A stretch of 64,000 nt of DNA from an uncultured virus (IMG/VR IMGVR_UViG_3300036835_000437) (IMGVR_UViG_3300036835_000437), one strand, 5' to 3'. Positions 27,800 through 38,307 are shown, counted from the stretch's first letter. The notes: generated from the letters alone by a model not told the origin. A program made the numbers and translations.

Positions 27800-28147
27800 A
27801 TGTACTGTGGAAGAGACTTCTCACCCCAGGAGTACGGCGAGTCCGAGGTCATCGGGCTCGACTTCGTCAATGACCTTGAGCACGACGAGCAGCTGCTGTC
27901 GTCGGTGTGGCGGATCAAGGTTACCCAGGGCGAGGACCCGACGCCACAGGTGCATCTGGAAGGCACCTCGGTGGTGTTCGTGCCGCTCGGCAGCAGCATG
28001 AAGACGGCGACCATGCAGCGCATCGGCGGCTTGTGGCCGGATGTCACCTATGCCGTCGAGGCGATCGTTGTCACCGACCAGGGCAACACCAGGAGCCTGT
28101 GGTCGCACATTCGAGGCGTCGAGATCGCGACCGTCGATGCGGGGTGA
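27800..28147 (+). CDS. Putative tail/fibre adaptor protein
   Basis: ESEVIGLDF..DL...E.L.S..W pattern; synteny. Confidence 0.6.
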   Translation: MYCGRDFSPQEYGESEVIGLDFVNDLEHDEQLLSSVWRIKVTQGEDPTPQVHLEGTSVVFVPLGSSMKTATMQRIGGLWPDVTYAVEAIVVTDQGNTRSLWSHIRGVEIATVDAG

Positions 28148-28153
28148 AGCGCC

Positions 28154-28951
28154 ATGAACTACGACGAGGTCATCACTCACCTCATGACCCTGGGTGCGAT
28201 CCCGCTCAACAGCGAGGATTCGAACTTCACCAAGCTCATCCCCGGGATGTTCCACTACGCCGAGGGCCGGATATACCGCGATCTGGCATTCCTGGCGACC
28301 GACACCACTGAGCTGGTGACGGTGCCGGCGCTGGAGCGCGAGGTCGAGCTGCCGGACAACGTCCTCACGGTGCGCTCGGTCGGGCTGTGCACGCCGTCTG
28401 CTTCCGGGCCGCCGGACCGCAACAAGCGGAGACACTATCCGGTAAGGCTATCTCCCGAAGCGCTGGAGATGTTCTGGCCACAGCCCAACTTCAAACCCGG
28501 CATGCCGAAGTACTATGCGATCAGGGCGATCAGGCTGCCACCCGACATCACCACCAATCCGTTGCCGCCAACGACGCAACCGGAGCCGCCCATCTATATC
28601 CCGGAGCGCTTCCGGCTGGTCTTGCACTTCGCACCATCGCCCGATCGCATCCTCATTGGCGAGGTCTATGGCGGCATCGAGCCGTTGCTGCTGTCGCGGA
28701 CCAACCCGGAGACCTTCCTCTCGCGCTACTATGCCGAGCTGCTGATCGCCTGCTGCATGGTCTACATCACCGGCTACCAGCGCGACTTCGGTGCCCAGGC
28801 CGACGATCCGGCGCGGGCGGTGAGCTGGGAGAGCCAGTATCAAGCCATCAAGAGCGGCATCACACAGGAGTCCGGTCGTCTGCGCGGCGAAGGGCCGGGC
28901 TTCACGGCATTGCCGCCGGCACCGCAGGCGCAGCAGCCGAGGTCGCCCTGA
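28154..28951 (+). CDS. Putative tail tubular/adaptor protein
   Basis: MNYDE...AEGRIYRDL...GMPKYYA...NPETFLS.YY.ELL...WESQY. Confidence 0.7.
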   Translation: MNYDEVITHLMTLGAIPLNSEDSNFTKLIPGMFHYAEGRIYRDLAFLATDTTELVTVPALEREVELPDNVLTVRSVGLCTPSASGPPDRNKRRHYPVRLSPEALEMFWPQPNFKPGMPKYYAIRAIRLPPDITTNPLPPTTQPEPPIYIPERFRLVLHFAPSPDRILIGEVYGGIEPLLLSRTNPETFLSRYYAELLIACCMVYITGYQRDFGAQADDPARAVSWESQYQAIKSGITQESGRLRGEGPGFTALPPAPQAQQPRSP

Positions 28952-31779
28952 TGTCACTGGTCAAGCCGCAGGCGCCGCCAGGATTCCTCTCCCAGGCCAC
29001 CCAGGTCATGGCGCGCAGCGCTTGGTTCGCCGGCAACCTCGTGCGCTGGCGTACCGGCTACCTGGAGAAGATGGGCGGCTGGCGGCGGCTGATCGAGGAG
29101 GCGCTGGCGGCGCCCATCCGCAGGTTCCACGCATGGCTTGATCTCAGCAATCGCAAGAACCTGCTGATCGCGGCCGACGATGGCGTAAGACTTCTCGTGC
29201 AGAGCACGCTCTACAGCATGGGCCACGAGGTCCCGCTGCAGGGTGGTTTCATCCCGGCGATTGGTGTGGTCGGGGATATCACCACCTTCACTGTCGCGCT
29301 GAACGCCACCGAGGTGACGGTCGAGACCGGCGCCAATGTGAACGCTGGCGATATCTTCTTCGTCAAGGTGCCGGTCTCGATCGGTGGTCGCATCCTGCTG
29401 GCGGGTGAGTACTACCCGGTCAAGACGGTCATCCCCGGCACCGGCTTCACCTTCGATATGCCGCTGCCGGCGCTGGCGGCGGAGGCTGACACCTACGGCA
29501 TTCCGTTGATGACCAACGACATCGTCAACGGCTTTACCGTAACGTGGAAGGCGCACGGGCTGGTCGTCGGCTCGCAGATCAGGGTGGCGCAGGGCACCAC
29601 GCTCAAGCTCGGGACGCTGACCGGGACGCCAGCGAAGTACGACAAGATCGACTTTGTGGCGCCGGCCGGGACGCTGGGCACCGTCGCTACCGTTACCGAC
29701 GCCGATCACTTCACCTTCCTGATGGGCGCGTCTGGCACGGGCGATGGCACTGGTGGCACCGACCACCAAGTCTATGTCGGAAGCTCCATTGTGAACTCCG
29801 CGACCGCCGGCATCACAGCCGCCTCCGGGGCGGTGCTGGGCTTTGCTGCGCAGCTGCCGCTGAACAATCCGCAGAAGCAGGCGTGGTTCCTGGGCAACAT
29901 GGGCGAGGATGGGTTGGCGCTGCTCGCGGGTGGCCCGCTGGAGGTCTACACCCCGCCGATCGAGAACGGGCCGTTCCTGACGCCGGTCGGCGCCGGGTCG
30001 CCGGCCACCGCACCGCAGAAGAGCAACGGCTTCATCGTGGCGATGCCGCAGGCCCAGGTGATCTTGTTTGGCTCCGAGGTCGGCAAGGCACTGACGGATG
30101 GGGTGACCAAGGTGTGGGGCGACGGCGTCGTGGACCCGCTGCTGATCACTTGGTCCGATGTCGGCACCTACGACGATTACCAGCTGTCGGTAAGCAAGCA
30201 GGCCGGCAGCTTCCGACTGTCGCGCGGCTCACGCATCGTCGGTGCGATCCAGGCACCGCAGGCAACGCTGATCCTGACTGACACCGATGTCTGGCAGATG
30301 AGCTACATCGGCCCTCCTCTCATCTACGGCTTCACCATCATGGGCTCGGGCTGCGGCTTGGTGGCGCCGCACGCCATCAGCACCGTCGGCCGCACCACCA
30401 TCTGGCAGGGACAGAAGAACTTCTGGTCATTCGAGACCGGCGTGCAGCCAGTGGTCTGCACGGTGTGGGACTACATCTTCGATGACATCGACCCCGTCAA
30501 CATCAACAAGTGCCATGCGGCGCCCAACTCGACCACCAACGAGATGGCGTTCTACTTCCCGTCGCAGCACACGATGATCAACGTGGACGCCAACCTGCTG
30601 CTGTTCTCGCAGGTGTTCAATCGCGGTTGGCTGCAGGTCAACGCGATTGCCGATCAGTTCCTGCTGTTCCATGCGCTCTATCTGTACGAGGCGCAGTACC
30701 TGATCTCGGGTTGGTTCGATGACTCCGGTATGACCGAGGCGAGCTGGTGGGACCAGGACATCGGCGGCGAGGTGGAGAAGTTCATCTTCGCCCCCGACGG
30801 CACAGATACCGTTTATGTGCTGAACGAAACCTCCGTCAATGGTATGCACGCGATCTCGCAAACTATCGACAAGAACGGCGAGCGCACGACCTATACCTTC
30901 TCGGTCTATGTCCATAAGGATTCGACCCGCAATCTAACCCTGCGTGCCGGCAATCCGCTGGGCTATGCCTACGCCACGTTCAATCCTGCGAGCGGCAATC
31001 TCGTTGCTCGTGGTGTGACCTCGCCCAAGTTCGCCGTAATCGATGCCATGTCGCAGAGCGATGGGCTGGGCACCGGCACCTCGCCGGGCGGCAACGGCTG
31101 GCTGCGCTACGTCTTGACGTTCACCAGCGACGATAGCCAGGGGCTGGAGGTGTTCATCAACCTGACCAAGGGCACCGAGCTGAGTTATGCGGGCGAGGGC
31201 AAGGGCTTGCTGCTCTGGGGTGCGCAGCTGGTGCTTGGTTCCGAGCCGCTGACCTATCAGCGCACCAACGGCATACGCCGGCAGAACGAGACCGGCCGCT
31301 ACGTGAAGGTCAACCTCGTTGAGAACATGGCCTGGGACAGCGGCAGGCTGCGCCGCACCGCATGGCTCGATGAGAGCGTCTGGGGGCCGCCATTGGGTGG
31401 TGATCCTGGCAACATGATCCAACAGCACGAGATCGGCTTCGATGCAGATGACAAGCCGATGGAGGGCGTGTTCGCCGAGACCGGCTTCTCCGAGCTTGGC
31501 GATGGCACGGCGGTGATGCTGGTCGATGAGGTGCATCCCGACCTGAAGTGGTTCGGGCGTAATGGCGGGGTCAAGATATCGATCCGGGCAACGAACTACC
31601 CGCAGGGGCCGAAGCACTTGTACGGGCCGTACTCGATGACGCCCGGCACCTCATGGTTCACGCCGCGCGTGCGCGCCCGTTACATGGCGATCCGCTACGA
31701 CTGGGAGCCGCGCCTGGGGTTCTCGGCGCGCATCGGTCTAGTGACTTTCCGTACCAAGCCGGCGGGTAAGCTGCCATGA
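28951..31779 (+). CDS. Tail nozzle / DNA-stabilisation (P22 gp10-like) protein
   Basis: About 942 aa; NLVRWR.G..EKMGGW, DPLLITWSD, AGSFRLSRGSRIV, LILTDT..W.MSYIGPP..YGF; inserted beta-sandwich. Confidence 0.75.
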   Translation: MSLVKPQAPPGFLSQATQVMARSAWFAGNLVRWRTGYLEKMGGWRRLIEEALAAPIRRFHAWLDLSNRKNLLIAADDGVRLLVQSTLYSMGHEVPLQGGFIPAIGVVGDITTFTVALNATEVTVETGANVNAGDIFFVKVPVSIGGRILLAGEYYPVKTVIPGTGFTFDMPLPALAAEADTYGIPLMTNDIVNGFTVTWKAHGLVVGSQIRVAQGTTLKLGTLTGTPAKYDKIDFVAPAGTLGTVATVTDADHFTFLMGASGTGDGTGGTDHQVYVGSSIVNSATAGITAASGAVLGFAAQLPLNNPQKQAWFLGNMGEDGLALLAGGPLEVYTPPIENGPFLTPVGAGSPATAPQKSNGFIVAMPQAQVILFGSEVGKALTDGVTKVWGDGVVDPLLITWSDVGTYDDYQLSVSKQAGSFRLSRGSRIVGAIQAPQATLILTDTDVWQMSYIGPPLIYGFTIMGSGCGLVAPHAISTVGRTTIWQGQKNFWSFETGVQPVVCTVWDYIFDDIDPVNINKCHAAPNSTTNEMAFYFPSQHTMINVDANLLLFSQVFNRGWLQVNAIADQFLLFHALYLYEAQYLISGWFDDSGMTEASWWDQDIGGEVEKFIFAPDGTDTVYVLNETSVNGMHAISQTIDKNGERTTYTFSVYVHKDSTRNLTLRAGNPLGYAYATFNPASGNLVARGVTSPKFAVIDAMSQSDGLGTGTSPGGNGWLRYVLTFTSDDSQGLEVFINLTKGTELSYAGEGKGLLLWGAQLVLGSEPLTYQRTNGIRRQNETGRYVKVNLVENMAWDSGRLRRTAWLDESVWGPPLGGDPGNMIQQHEIGFDADDKPMEGVFAETGFSELGDGTAVMLVDEVHPDLKWFGRNGGVKISIRATNYPQGPKHLYGPYSMTPGTSWFTPRVRARYMAIRYDWEPRLGFSARIGLVTFRTKPAGKLP

Positions 31780-32036
31780 GAGGCGATGCCCTGGTTGAGA
31801 CCCAGCGGCTGATCGCGCAGGCAATCAATGCGCTGGCCGAGCACATCGAGCAATCGAGCGGCTTCTACTTCACGCCGGTCCTCTTTGAGCAACTGCCCAG
31901 CCCGGCGAAGGTCGGGATGGTGGCCTGCATCGAGGACAGCACGACCGATGTCGCTGGCGGCATTGTCGGTGCCGGCGGGCCGCACACCGTGCTGGCGTTC
32001 TACAATGGCACTGTCTGGAAGGCATTCACGGCATGA
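31776..32036 (+). CDS. Small virion protein
   Basis: ATGA-coupled; LPS...G..A.I.D...AFYNGTVWK. Confidence 0.6.
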   Translation: MRGDALVETQRLIAQAINALAEHIEQSSGFYFTPVLFEQLPSPAKVGMVACIEDSTTDVAGGIVGAGGPHTVLAFYNGTVWKAFTA

Positions 32037-32418
32037 GCCCTCCGCAGAACGAGGACAAGCGCATCACCGATGTGGTCGAGCGCGCCACCTTGGCGTGGAT
32101 CGATCAGTACAACCAGATGCTCATCCTGACGGCGCAGGCGCTGCAGCGGCTGCATCTGGCTTTCGATGGGAAGTTCACCCGTGGACCGTAATCTGGAGCT
32201 GGAGCGCTACCTGGACAGCTCGTACCGGCGGGATGTGATGGGCGAATCAGTTAAGGTCGAGGCGCCTGCGGCTACGCCAGAGCTGATCAAGACGGTCAAG
32301 GGCATGATCGCGGGCATTGACGGGCTTCGCCTGGGGGCGAACCTCGCCAATCGGGACTTCGTCACGTACCAGCATCGACGTGCGTTGGAGCGTCTGCTCA
32401 AGCAGCTGGAGGCAAGCC

Positions 32419-35400
32419 GTGCCGCTGACGGCTAAGGGCCAGAAGATACTCTCCAACATGCGGAGCGAGTACGGCGCCGACAAAGGCGAGCGGGTCTTCT
32501 ATGCCTCGCGCAACGCGGGGCGGATCACGGGCGTCGATCCCGGCCACTGGCGCGGCGGCATTGTCGGCTATGCCGAGGGCGGCATCGTCAACCACGATCA
32601 CGATCCTGATCTGCCGCCGATCGAGGATCGCGCCGAGCTGATCCCGCAGACCGAGGGCGCCGGGCCCACCCAAGGTCAGGTGCTGCAAACCATCGAGCTG
32701 TTGAAGCGTAACCGCGACCGCGCCCAGGGCATCGATCAGCTCGATCCAACGCCGCCGCTATTGCGTGGATACTTCCATCGGCCTGACCGCGAGAACCCGC
32801 CTCGGGTTCAGATTCCCAGCCTGCGGCGTCGTCGGTTCGGGCCGTCGCCGGACGGCATCGAGGAGATGTACGACGGCCCAGACAAGGGCTTCGGCCGCTA
32901 CGCGCGCGGCGGGCGCGTCAAGTACTTCGAGGATGGCGGCGGCGGCAGCGACGGCGGCACGGGTGACGCTGGTGGCTGCACCGGTACCGGTGGATGCAGC
33001 GAGGGCAGCTGCTCTGGCATGGGCGGCTGCGGGGGCTGCAGCTGCGCGGGCGCTGGCGGCTGCGCTGGCTGCTCGGGCAGCGCCTGCAGCGGTGGTTGCT
33101 CGTCAGGTGGCGGCTGTAGCGGTTGCTCGGGCGCTGGCGGTGGCGCTGGTGGCTGCAGCGCAGGCGCCGAAGGCGATACCGCAGGCGTCGGTGGCTGTCT
33201 CGGCGGCTGCACGGCTGCGGCTGCTGCGATGGGGGCGCTGGGGGCGGAGGCGACGACCGGGCAGACCGGACAAACGGGGGAAGGAAGGGGCGAGGGAAGA
33301 GGCGGCGGCCCGACTGGGATGGGCCTCGGCTACACGGGCCAGACCGGTCAGACAGGCTTAGGCTGGGGACAGACAGGCGTAGGTTGCGCTTACGCCGCCT
33401 TTGGTCCCGGCGCTGCAGCAGGGTGCCATGCTGTCGGTGGCGGCCCGACGGCGGCAGAGGCATACGCTGGTGGCCCATTCTCGGCGGGCGCGCTTGGCAC
33501 CGCGCACGGTGCGGAGACGGGCGGTCAGTTTGGTGCCAATGCGGGCCTCGGCTATGGCGGCACAGGTCTTGCGGGTACAGGTGCGTTTGGAGCCGAGAGC
33601 ACGGCCGGCGGTGGTGGCACGAACGGCATTGGCGCGGCTGGGGCGTCCTTCGGCGGCTGCGCCAACGCTGGTGCCTGCCTGGGCATGGGAGGAGAGATAT
33701 CGCTCTCACCAGCGGCGGCGGTTAGCCAGGACGTTTCAAGTCGCGGCGGAGATCGCGGCGGCGGCAGCCGAGGCAGCGCTTCGCAGGCGGCGGCTGGTGA
33801 TCGCGGTGGCGCCCCCACTGGCTCTCCTGCCGGGACAGGGGTCGGTGATGTCGGTGATCCTGGGGCTGGCGGTGAGCCATCGGGCGGCCCAAGCGACATC
33901 GGCGGCAACATCGGTGGTGGCCCACAGGGTGGGCCTGCTGCTTCGATCTCCACCGACCAACCCGCCGCCCCAGACCAGCCTGCTGCTCCCGATGATCAGG
34001 GTGGCAAGGGCGGCAAGAGCGGCACGATCGCTGGTTCCGCTCCAGCCGCACCGGCCGCAGGCACCTTCACCGGACAGGTTGGCAACGTCAGCGTCTCGCC
34101 TGCGACTGCCGCGAACACGGGCGGGCTTGCCGGCGGGCTCTACGGCAGCACCGTGGCTGCGGACCCCAGTGTCCCCGGCGGCTTCGCGGAGAAGACCGGC
34201 GACATCGCCCCGGGTTCTTTCGATGTCGGTAATCCCTTCGGCGATCCCAACCAGGGTCTGAGCCCGACCGGCGGGAAGACCGGTGCTGCTCCTGGTGCCG
34301 CTCCCACTGGGCTCGGCAGCGTGGCTGACGTGGGGGAGCACAGCTACTCTCCTGTCGGCAACACTTCGCTCACAGGTCAGAACCCAGGCGGCTGGCAGGG
34401 CAGCGTGTCGCCGGCCGTGTCGCTCAACGACATGACCTTCTCGCCTACTGTTACCGGCGCTCCTCCGGGAGAGTTTACCGGCGGCAGGACCGGCAACATC
34501 GGCATCGGCACCCACGGTAGTGTGGCGCCCGGCGGGGCGACGGACATCAACTCGCTGGCGGCAAGCCCCACTGCTCTGAGCGGCGCTCCCACGGGCTTCT
34601 CTAACCAGACCGGCGGCATGTACGGGCTCAGTGCCGGCTCCGGGGTGACCGGACAGGGTGCCGGTTCGTTCACGGGTGGCCAGAGCGGCGGCGTCGGCAC
34701 GGCAGCCGGTGAAGCGGCGCCGATGGGTGGTGCCAGCCCGGCTGCGTCGATCTCCGATCTCGGTCCAGCTGCGGGAGAGGCGGCCCAGCTCGGCGGTGAG
34801 CCGGCTCCTGGTGGCTCGCGTGGTGGCGGTCGCGGTGGTGAAGCGGCACCGATGGGTGGCGCCTCGCCAGTCGGTGGCGGCTGGACCAGCTCCGGTCGCG
34901 GCGGCGAGGCGGCGGCGCTTGGCGGCGAAGCGCCTGTCGGTGGGACGCCGGCCGGTCTTGCTGCCGGTGAAGCAGCTCCGATGGGTGGTGCTGCGGCCCC
35001 TAGCGGGGGCGGCATTGCTGCCGGCGAGGCTGCGCCGATGGGTGGCGCCACGCCTGCTGGCACCGGCATTGCTGCGGCAGCTGGCGAGGCGGCGCCGCTC
35101 GGTGGTGCCCCTGATCCAGGGCAGGGTCGCGGTGGTGGGCGTGGTGGCGAGGCGGCGCCGATGGGCGGTGCCTTCGGTGGCGTTCCAGCTGGTGGCTGGA
35201 CGAGCAGTGGCCGAGGTGGTGAGGCGGCACCGATGGGTGGTGCTGCGCCAGCGGGCGAAGCGCCGACCGTAGCTGGCGAGGCGGCGCCGATGGGGGGTGC
35301 GCCCGATCCCAGTGGCGGTAGGGCAGGTGCTCAGACGGGCGGTCCTGACTTCAATGCGACGTTTGCTGCAGCCCAGGCGGCGCAAGATCAAGCGATGCAG

Positions 35401-38307
35401 AACAACCTCGACGTCACGATGACGCCGGGATTGGACGAGCGGGCGGCGGCGATACAGGGGAGGGGAGGCTTCCCGGCTCTCGGCACCCAGAGCTTCGCGG
35501 CCACGCCGGTCGGCAACTATGCCGTCGCCAATGCAGAGAACACCCAGGGGCTCTACGGCGGGCAGTACGGCTCGCAGGAACCTGGGGCAGTGGACCTGTC
35601 CTCGGTGGGGATCGCGACCCCCGGTAATATCGGCGGGCTGAGCTTCGGGCCAGGGAACGCCTTCGGCGACCCCAACTACGGCCTGACCAACACCCAGGAC
35701 ATCGGGCAACCCGCTCCAGGCGAGCGAGGTGGTGGCCGCAGTGGTGCGGTTCCGGGCGGCAGCTGGGCCGACCAAACCTTCGGCTCGCTGGCGAACTTCG
35801 GTGGCCTGACTGGCAGCCGTGGCACGACCGGCATTGCCAATATCGGTGCCGCCCAGCAGGGCTATGCCCCCGGCTTCGGCCCGGCGGCGGCGTCCGGCGA
35901 TTGGACCTCGGGTGGCCGTGACGCCACGCTGGGTTGGGGTGCGCCGACCGGGCTGGCTGCGGTTGCGCAGGGCAACCTCGGCGCGCCGATGGAATCGGTT
36001 GCGCCGCAGACGACGCCCGCTGCCGGGCCGGGTGATCGCGGTGGTGGCCGCAGCGGTGGGTTAGACCTCGGCACCACCATTGCATCGGCGCTCGGCATCT
36101 CGCCGGCAGCTGCGCAGGGGCTGTCTGAGGACAGGGCTTCTCTCGGTCCCGCTGCGCAGGTGGGCGCGCCCATGGACCTCGCCCAGGTCGCGCAGCAGAC
36201 CCAGGAGCCCGATGCCAGGAGCCTCGCCAGCGCGATTACCGGATGGTCGGACAAGGACCTCGCGGCTGCGCTCGCTCCTGCCGCCAACACCATCAGCAAC
36301 ATCGGCGGCTGGCTCGGTGCTACGCCGACCGGCGGCTGGTTGGGGCTGGGCACGCCAGCGCAGGCGCAGACGACCGACATGCCGACCTTCGGCTCGACCA
36401 AGGGCTCGTCCGGCTATGGCCCAGGCCAGGGCGGCGCCTGGACGAGTGGCGTGCAGTCAGCAGCCCCTGGCGGTACCCAGAGTGCAGCGCAGGCAGCCGC
36501 TGCGGATCAGGCTCTGTCGCAAGCAGTGGACGAGAGCAAGGCGGCAGCCGGGCCGGGTGGCCCGACCGGTTCGGTCGATCTGGATACGCCAGCGGAGATC
36601 GCCGCGCCGCCGGCCGATCTCGATCCTGCCATGGTGGCGCCGGCCGTGCCTGCGCTTGAGAAGAGCGTCACCGACCCAGAGAAGACGGGCAGTCGCGGTC
36701 TTGGCACGCAGCTCGCGGCAGCGCAGCCGGCGATCGATCCCTATGTCGGCATGCAGCACGACGAGCCTGTCTTCGATCCGACGAAGCCGGTCTCGCCGCC
36801 ACCGCAGCTTGCGCCGCCCCCTGTGACGCCACAGGTGACGCCGCCGCCGGTCAATCCGTTCGACATCACACCCTATCCGTCGCTCACTCCTTTCGGGCCC
36901 AGCCGTGGAGGCGCGACGCTGGCGGCGTATAGCCCCGCTGAAAGGGGCGGCCAGCCCTCGTTCGGCCCGCAGAGCAATCCGTTCTCGGGTCAGCAGACCG
37001 TGCCGGCGGAGCCCGATCCCGGCTTCGAGGCGCCGCAGTCAGAGCGCAGCACGGTCACCAACTCACCGCTCGGCGACCTCGCGCAGACTGCCGAGAACTA
37101 CGCCATGACCACGCAGAGCTTGGCGAACCAGTCGCCCGCGCTGAGCGGCGGTGGCCTCGGTTACGATGTAAGCCCCAGCATCGGCACCCTCAGTCCCGGC
37201 GATGTGACGGTTGATAAGGGCGGTAAGGGTGATCGTGACTCGCAGTCTCCCAACCTTGGTCCTGGTGTCACCGAAGGTGAGCCGTCTGGTCTCGGCGGCA
37301 GGTCGGACCTCGGTCCTAGCGTGCACGCCAGCCCCGGCGTCGACTTTGGCGGGCTGTCTGCCTACTCGTATGGAGACGAACCCATGGGCCTCAATACGCT
37401 CGGCATTGACAGGAGCGGCCAGCAGTGGGGCATCGCCAGCGGCGGCTATGTCAGGCACCGCGCTGGTGGCGGCATCGTCGGCAACTCGATCAAGACGCTG
37501 GTCGACGTCTCGCCCTCGGCAGCGGCCGGGCAGATCGATCAGAACCCTCTCACCGGTTACAACCTCGCGCGCACGTTCCCACCCGACGTGCTCTACGACA
37601 CCTTCGAGGAGGTCGGCCACAACCGGCGCGACCAGAACCCGCCGCAGAACGGCGACGACAGCAACAAGTCTCCGCAGCAGCTGCAGATCACCGTCCCCGG
37701 CGCGAGCGGCGGCGGCACCTTCACCGGCATGGCGCAGGGCGGCTACGTCGATGCGCCGGGTTACTACGCGCCCGGCGGTTTGACCCAGGCCGGCATGCAC
37801 ACGTTCGGCACCCAGGCGCATTACAGCGGCGCCAACGTGCGGCCGGCGATCGGTCGCCAACCCGGCGTGCATCTGATCAGCTCTGACGTTCCTGGGCGTA
37901 CCGATCGTATCCCGCAGCGGGCCAAGCCCGGGAGCTACGTGCTGCCGGCTGACGTCGTCTCGGGCCTGGGCCAGGGCAACACCATGGCCGGCGCCAAGAT
38001 GTGGGGACAGGCGATCATGGCAGCGGCTGGGCCAGCCGGCGCCGGCACCATGGGCGCGATGCGGCGCGGTTCGATGCCGATGGCGCGGCGTCCTGGTGCG
38101 CGCGGCTTTGCCGATGGCGGCCCTGTCGAGGACGAGTACGTGCCGATCGTGACAGCGGGCGGCGAGGTGCTGATCGACCCGGAGTTCGTTGAGGCGCTCG
38201 GGAACGGCAGTGAGATGCTGGGCAAGCGCAAGCTCGCCGAATCCGTTCTCAACGTGCGCAAGCAAACGATCGCACATCTCAAGAGCCTACCGAGGCCGGT
38301 GAAGTAG
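32419..38307 (+). CDS. Giant (about 1960 aa) Gly/Ala-rich putative internal/ejection protein
   Basis: GGAGG RBS before GTG 32419 (MPLTAKGQKILSNMRSEYG); Cys-Gly tract, GEAAPMGG repeats, C-terminal PGRTDRIP...GSYVLPADVVS domain. Confidence 0.75.
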   Translation: MPLTAKGQKILSNMRSEYGADKGERVFYASRNAGRITGVDPGHWRGGIVGYAEGGIVNHDHDPDLPPIEDRAELIPQTEGAGPTQGQVLQTIELLKRNRDRAQGIDQLDPTPPLLRGYFHRPDRENPPRVQIPSLRRRRFGPSPDGIEEMYDGPDKGFGRYARGGRVKYFEDGGGGSDGGTGDAGGCTGTGGCSEGSCSGMGGCGGCSCAGAGGCAGCSGSACSGGCSSGGGCSGCSGAGGGAGGCSAGAEGDTAGVGGCLGGCTAAAAAMGALGAEATTGQTGQTGEGRGEGRGGGPTGMGLGYTGQTGQTGLGWGQTGVGCAYAAFGPGAAAGCHAVGGGPTAAEAYAGGPFSAGALGTAHGAETGGQFGANAGLGYGGTGLAGTGAFGAESTAGGGGTNGIGAAGASFGGCANAGACLGMGGEISLSPAAAVSQDVSSRGGDRGGGSRGSASQAAAGDRGGAPTGSPAGTGVGDVGDPGAGGEPSGGPSDIGGNIGGGPQGGPAASISTDQPAAPDQPAAPDDQGGKGGKSGTIAGSAPAAPAAGTFTGQVGNVSVSPATAANTGGLAGGLYGSTVAADPSVPGGFAEKTGDIAPGSFDVGNPFGDPNQGLSPTGGKTGAAPGAAPTGLGSVADVGEHSYSPVGNTSLTGQNPGGWQGSVSPAVSLNDMTFSPTVTGAPPGEFTGGRTGNIGIGTHGSVAPGGATDINSLAASPTALSGAPTGFSNQTGGMYGLSAGSGVTGQGAGSFTGGQSGGVGTAAGEAAPMGGASPAASISDLGPAAGEAAQLGGEPAPGGSRGGGRGGEAAPMGGASPVGGGWTSSGRGGEAAALGGEAPVGGTPAGLAAGEAAPMGGAAAPSGGGIAAGEAAPMGGATPAGTGIAAAAGEAAPLGGAPDPGQGRGGGRGGEAAPMGGAFGGVPAGGWTSSGRGGEAAPMGGAAPAGEAPTVAGEAAPMGGAPDPSGGRAGAQTGGPDFNATFAAAQAAQDQAMQNNLDVTMTPGLDERAAAIQGRGGFPALGTQSFAATPVGNYAVANAENTQGLYGGQYGSQEPGAVDLSSVGIATPGNIGGLSFGPGNAFGDPNYGLTNTQDIGQPAPGERGGGRSGAVPGGSWADQTFGSLANFGGLTGSRGTTGIANIGAAQQGYAPGFGPAAASGDWTSGGRDATLGWGAPTGLAAVAQGNLGAPMESVAPQTTPAAGPGDRGGGRSGGLDLGTTIASALGISPAAAQGLSEDRASLGPAAQVGAPMDLAQVAQQTQEPDARSLASAITGWSDKDLAAALAPAANTISNIGGWLGATPTGGWLGLGTPAQAQTTDMPTFGSTKGSSGYGPGQGGAWTSGVQSAAPGGTQSAAQAAAADQALSQAVDESKAAAGPGGPTGSVDLDTPAEIAAPPADLDPAMVAPAVPALEKSVTDPEKTGSRGLGTQLAAAQPAIDPYVGMQHDEPVFDPTKPVSPPPQLAPPPVTPQVTPPPVNPFDITPYPSLTPFGPSRGGATLAAYSPAERGGQPSFGPQSNPFSGQQTVPAEPDPGFEAPQSERSTVTNSPLGDLAQTAENYAMTTQSLANQSPALSGGGLGYDVSPSIGTLSPGDVTVDKGGKGDRDSQSPNLGPGVTEGEPSGLGGRSDLGPSVHASPGVDFGGLSAYSYGDEPMGLNTLGIDRSGQQWGIASGGYVRHRAGGGIVGNSIKTLVDVSPSAAAGQIDQNPLTGYNLARTFPPDVLYDTFEEVGHNRRDQNPPQNGDDSNKSPQQLQITVPGASGGGTFTGMAQGGYVDAPGYYAPGGLTQAGMHTFGTQAHYSGANVRPAIGRQPGVHLISSDVPGRTDRIPQRAKPGSYVLPADVVSGLGQGNTMAGAKMWGQAIMAAAGPAGAGTMGAMRRGSMPMARRPGARGFADGGPVEDEYVPIVTAGGEVLIDPEFVEALGNGSEMLGKRKLAESVLNVRKQTIAHLKSLPRPVK

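Noticed and set aside
33736..35775. Long antisense and alternate-frame ORFs (e.g. 679 aa) across the structural region
   Set aside because: Shadow ORFs expected at high GC opposite well-supported genes.
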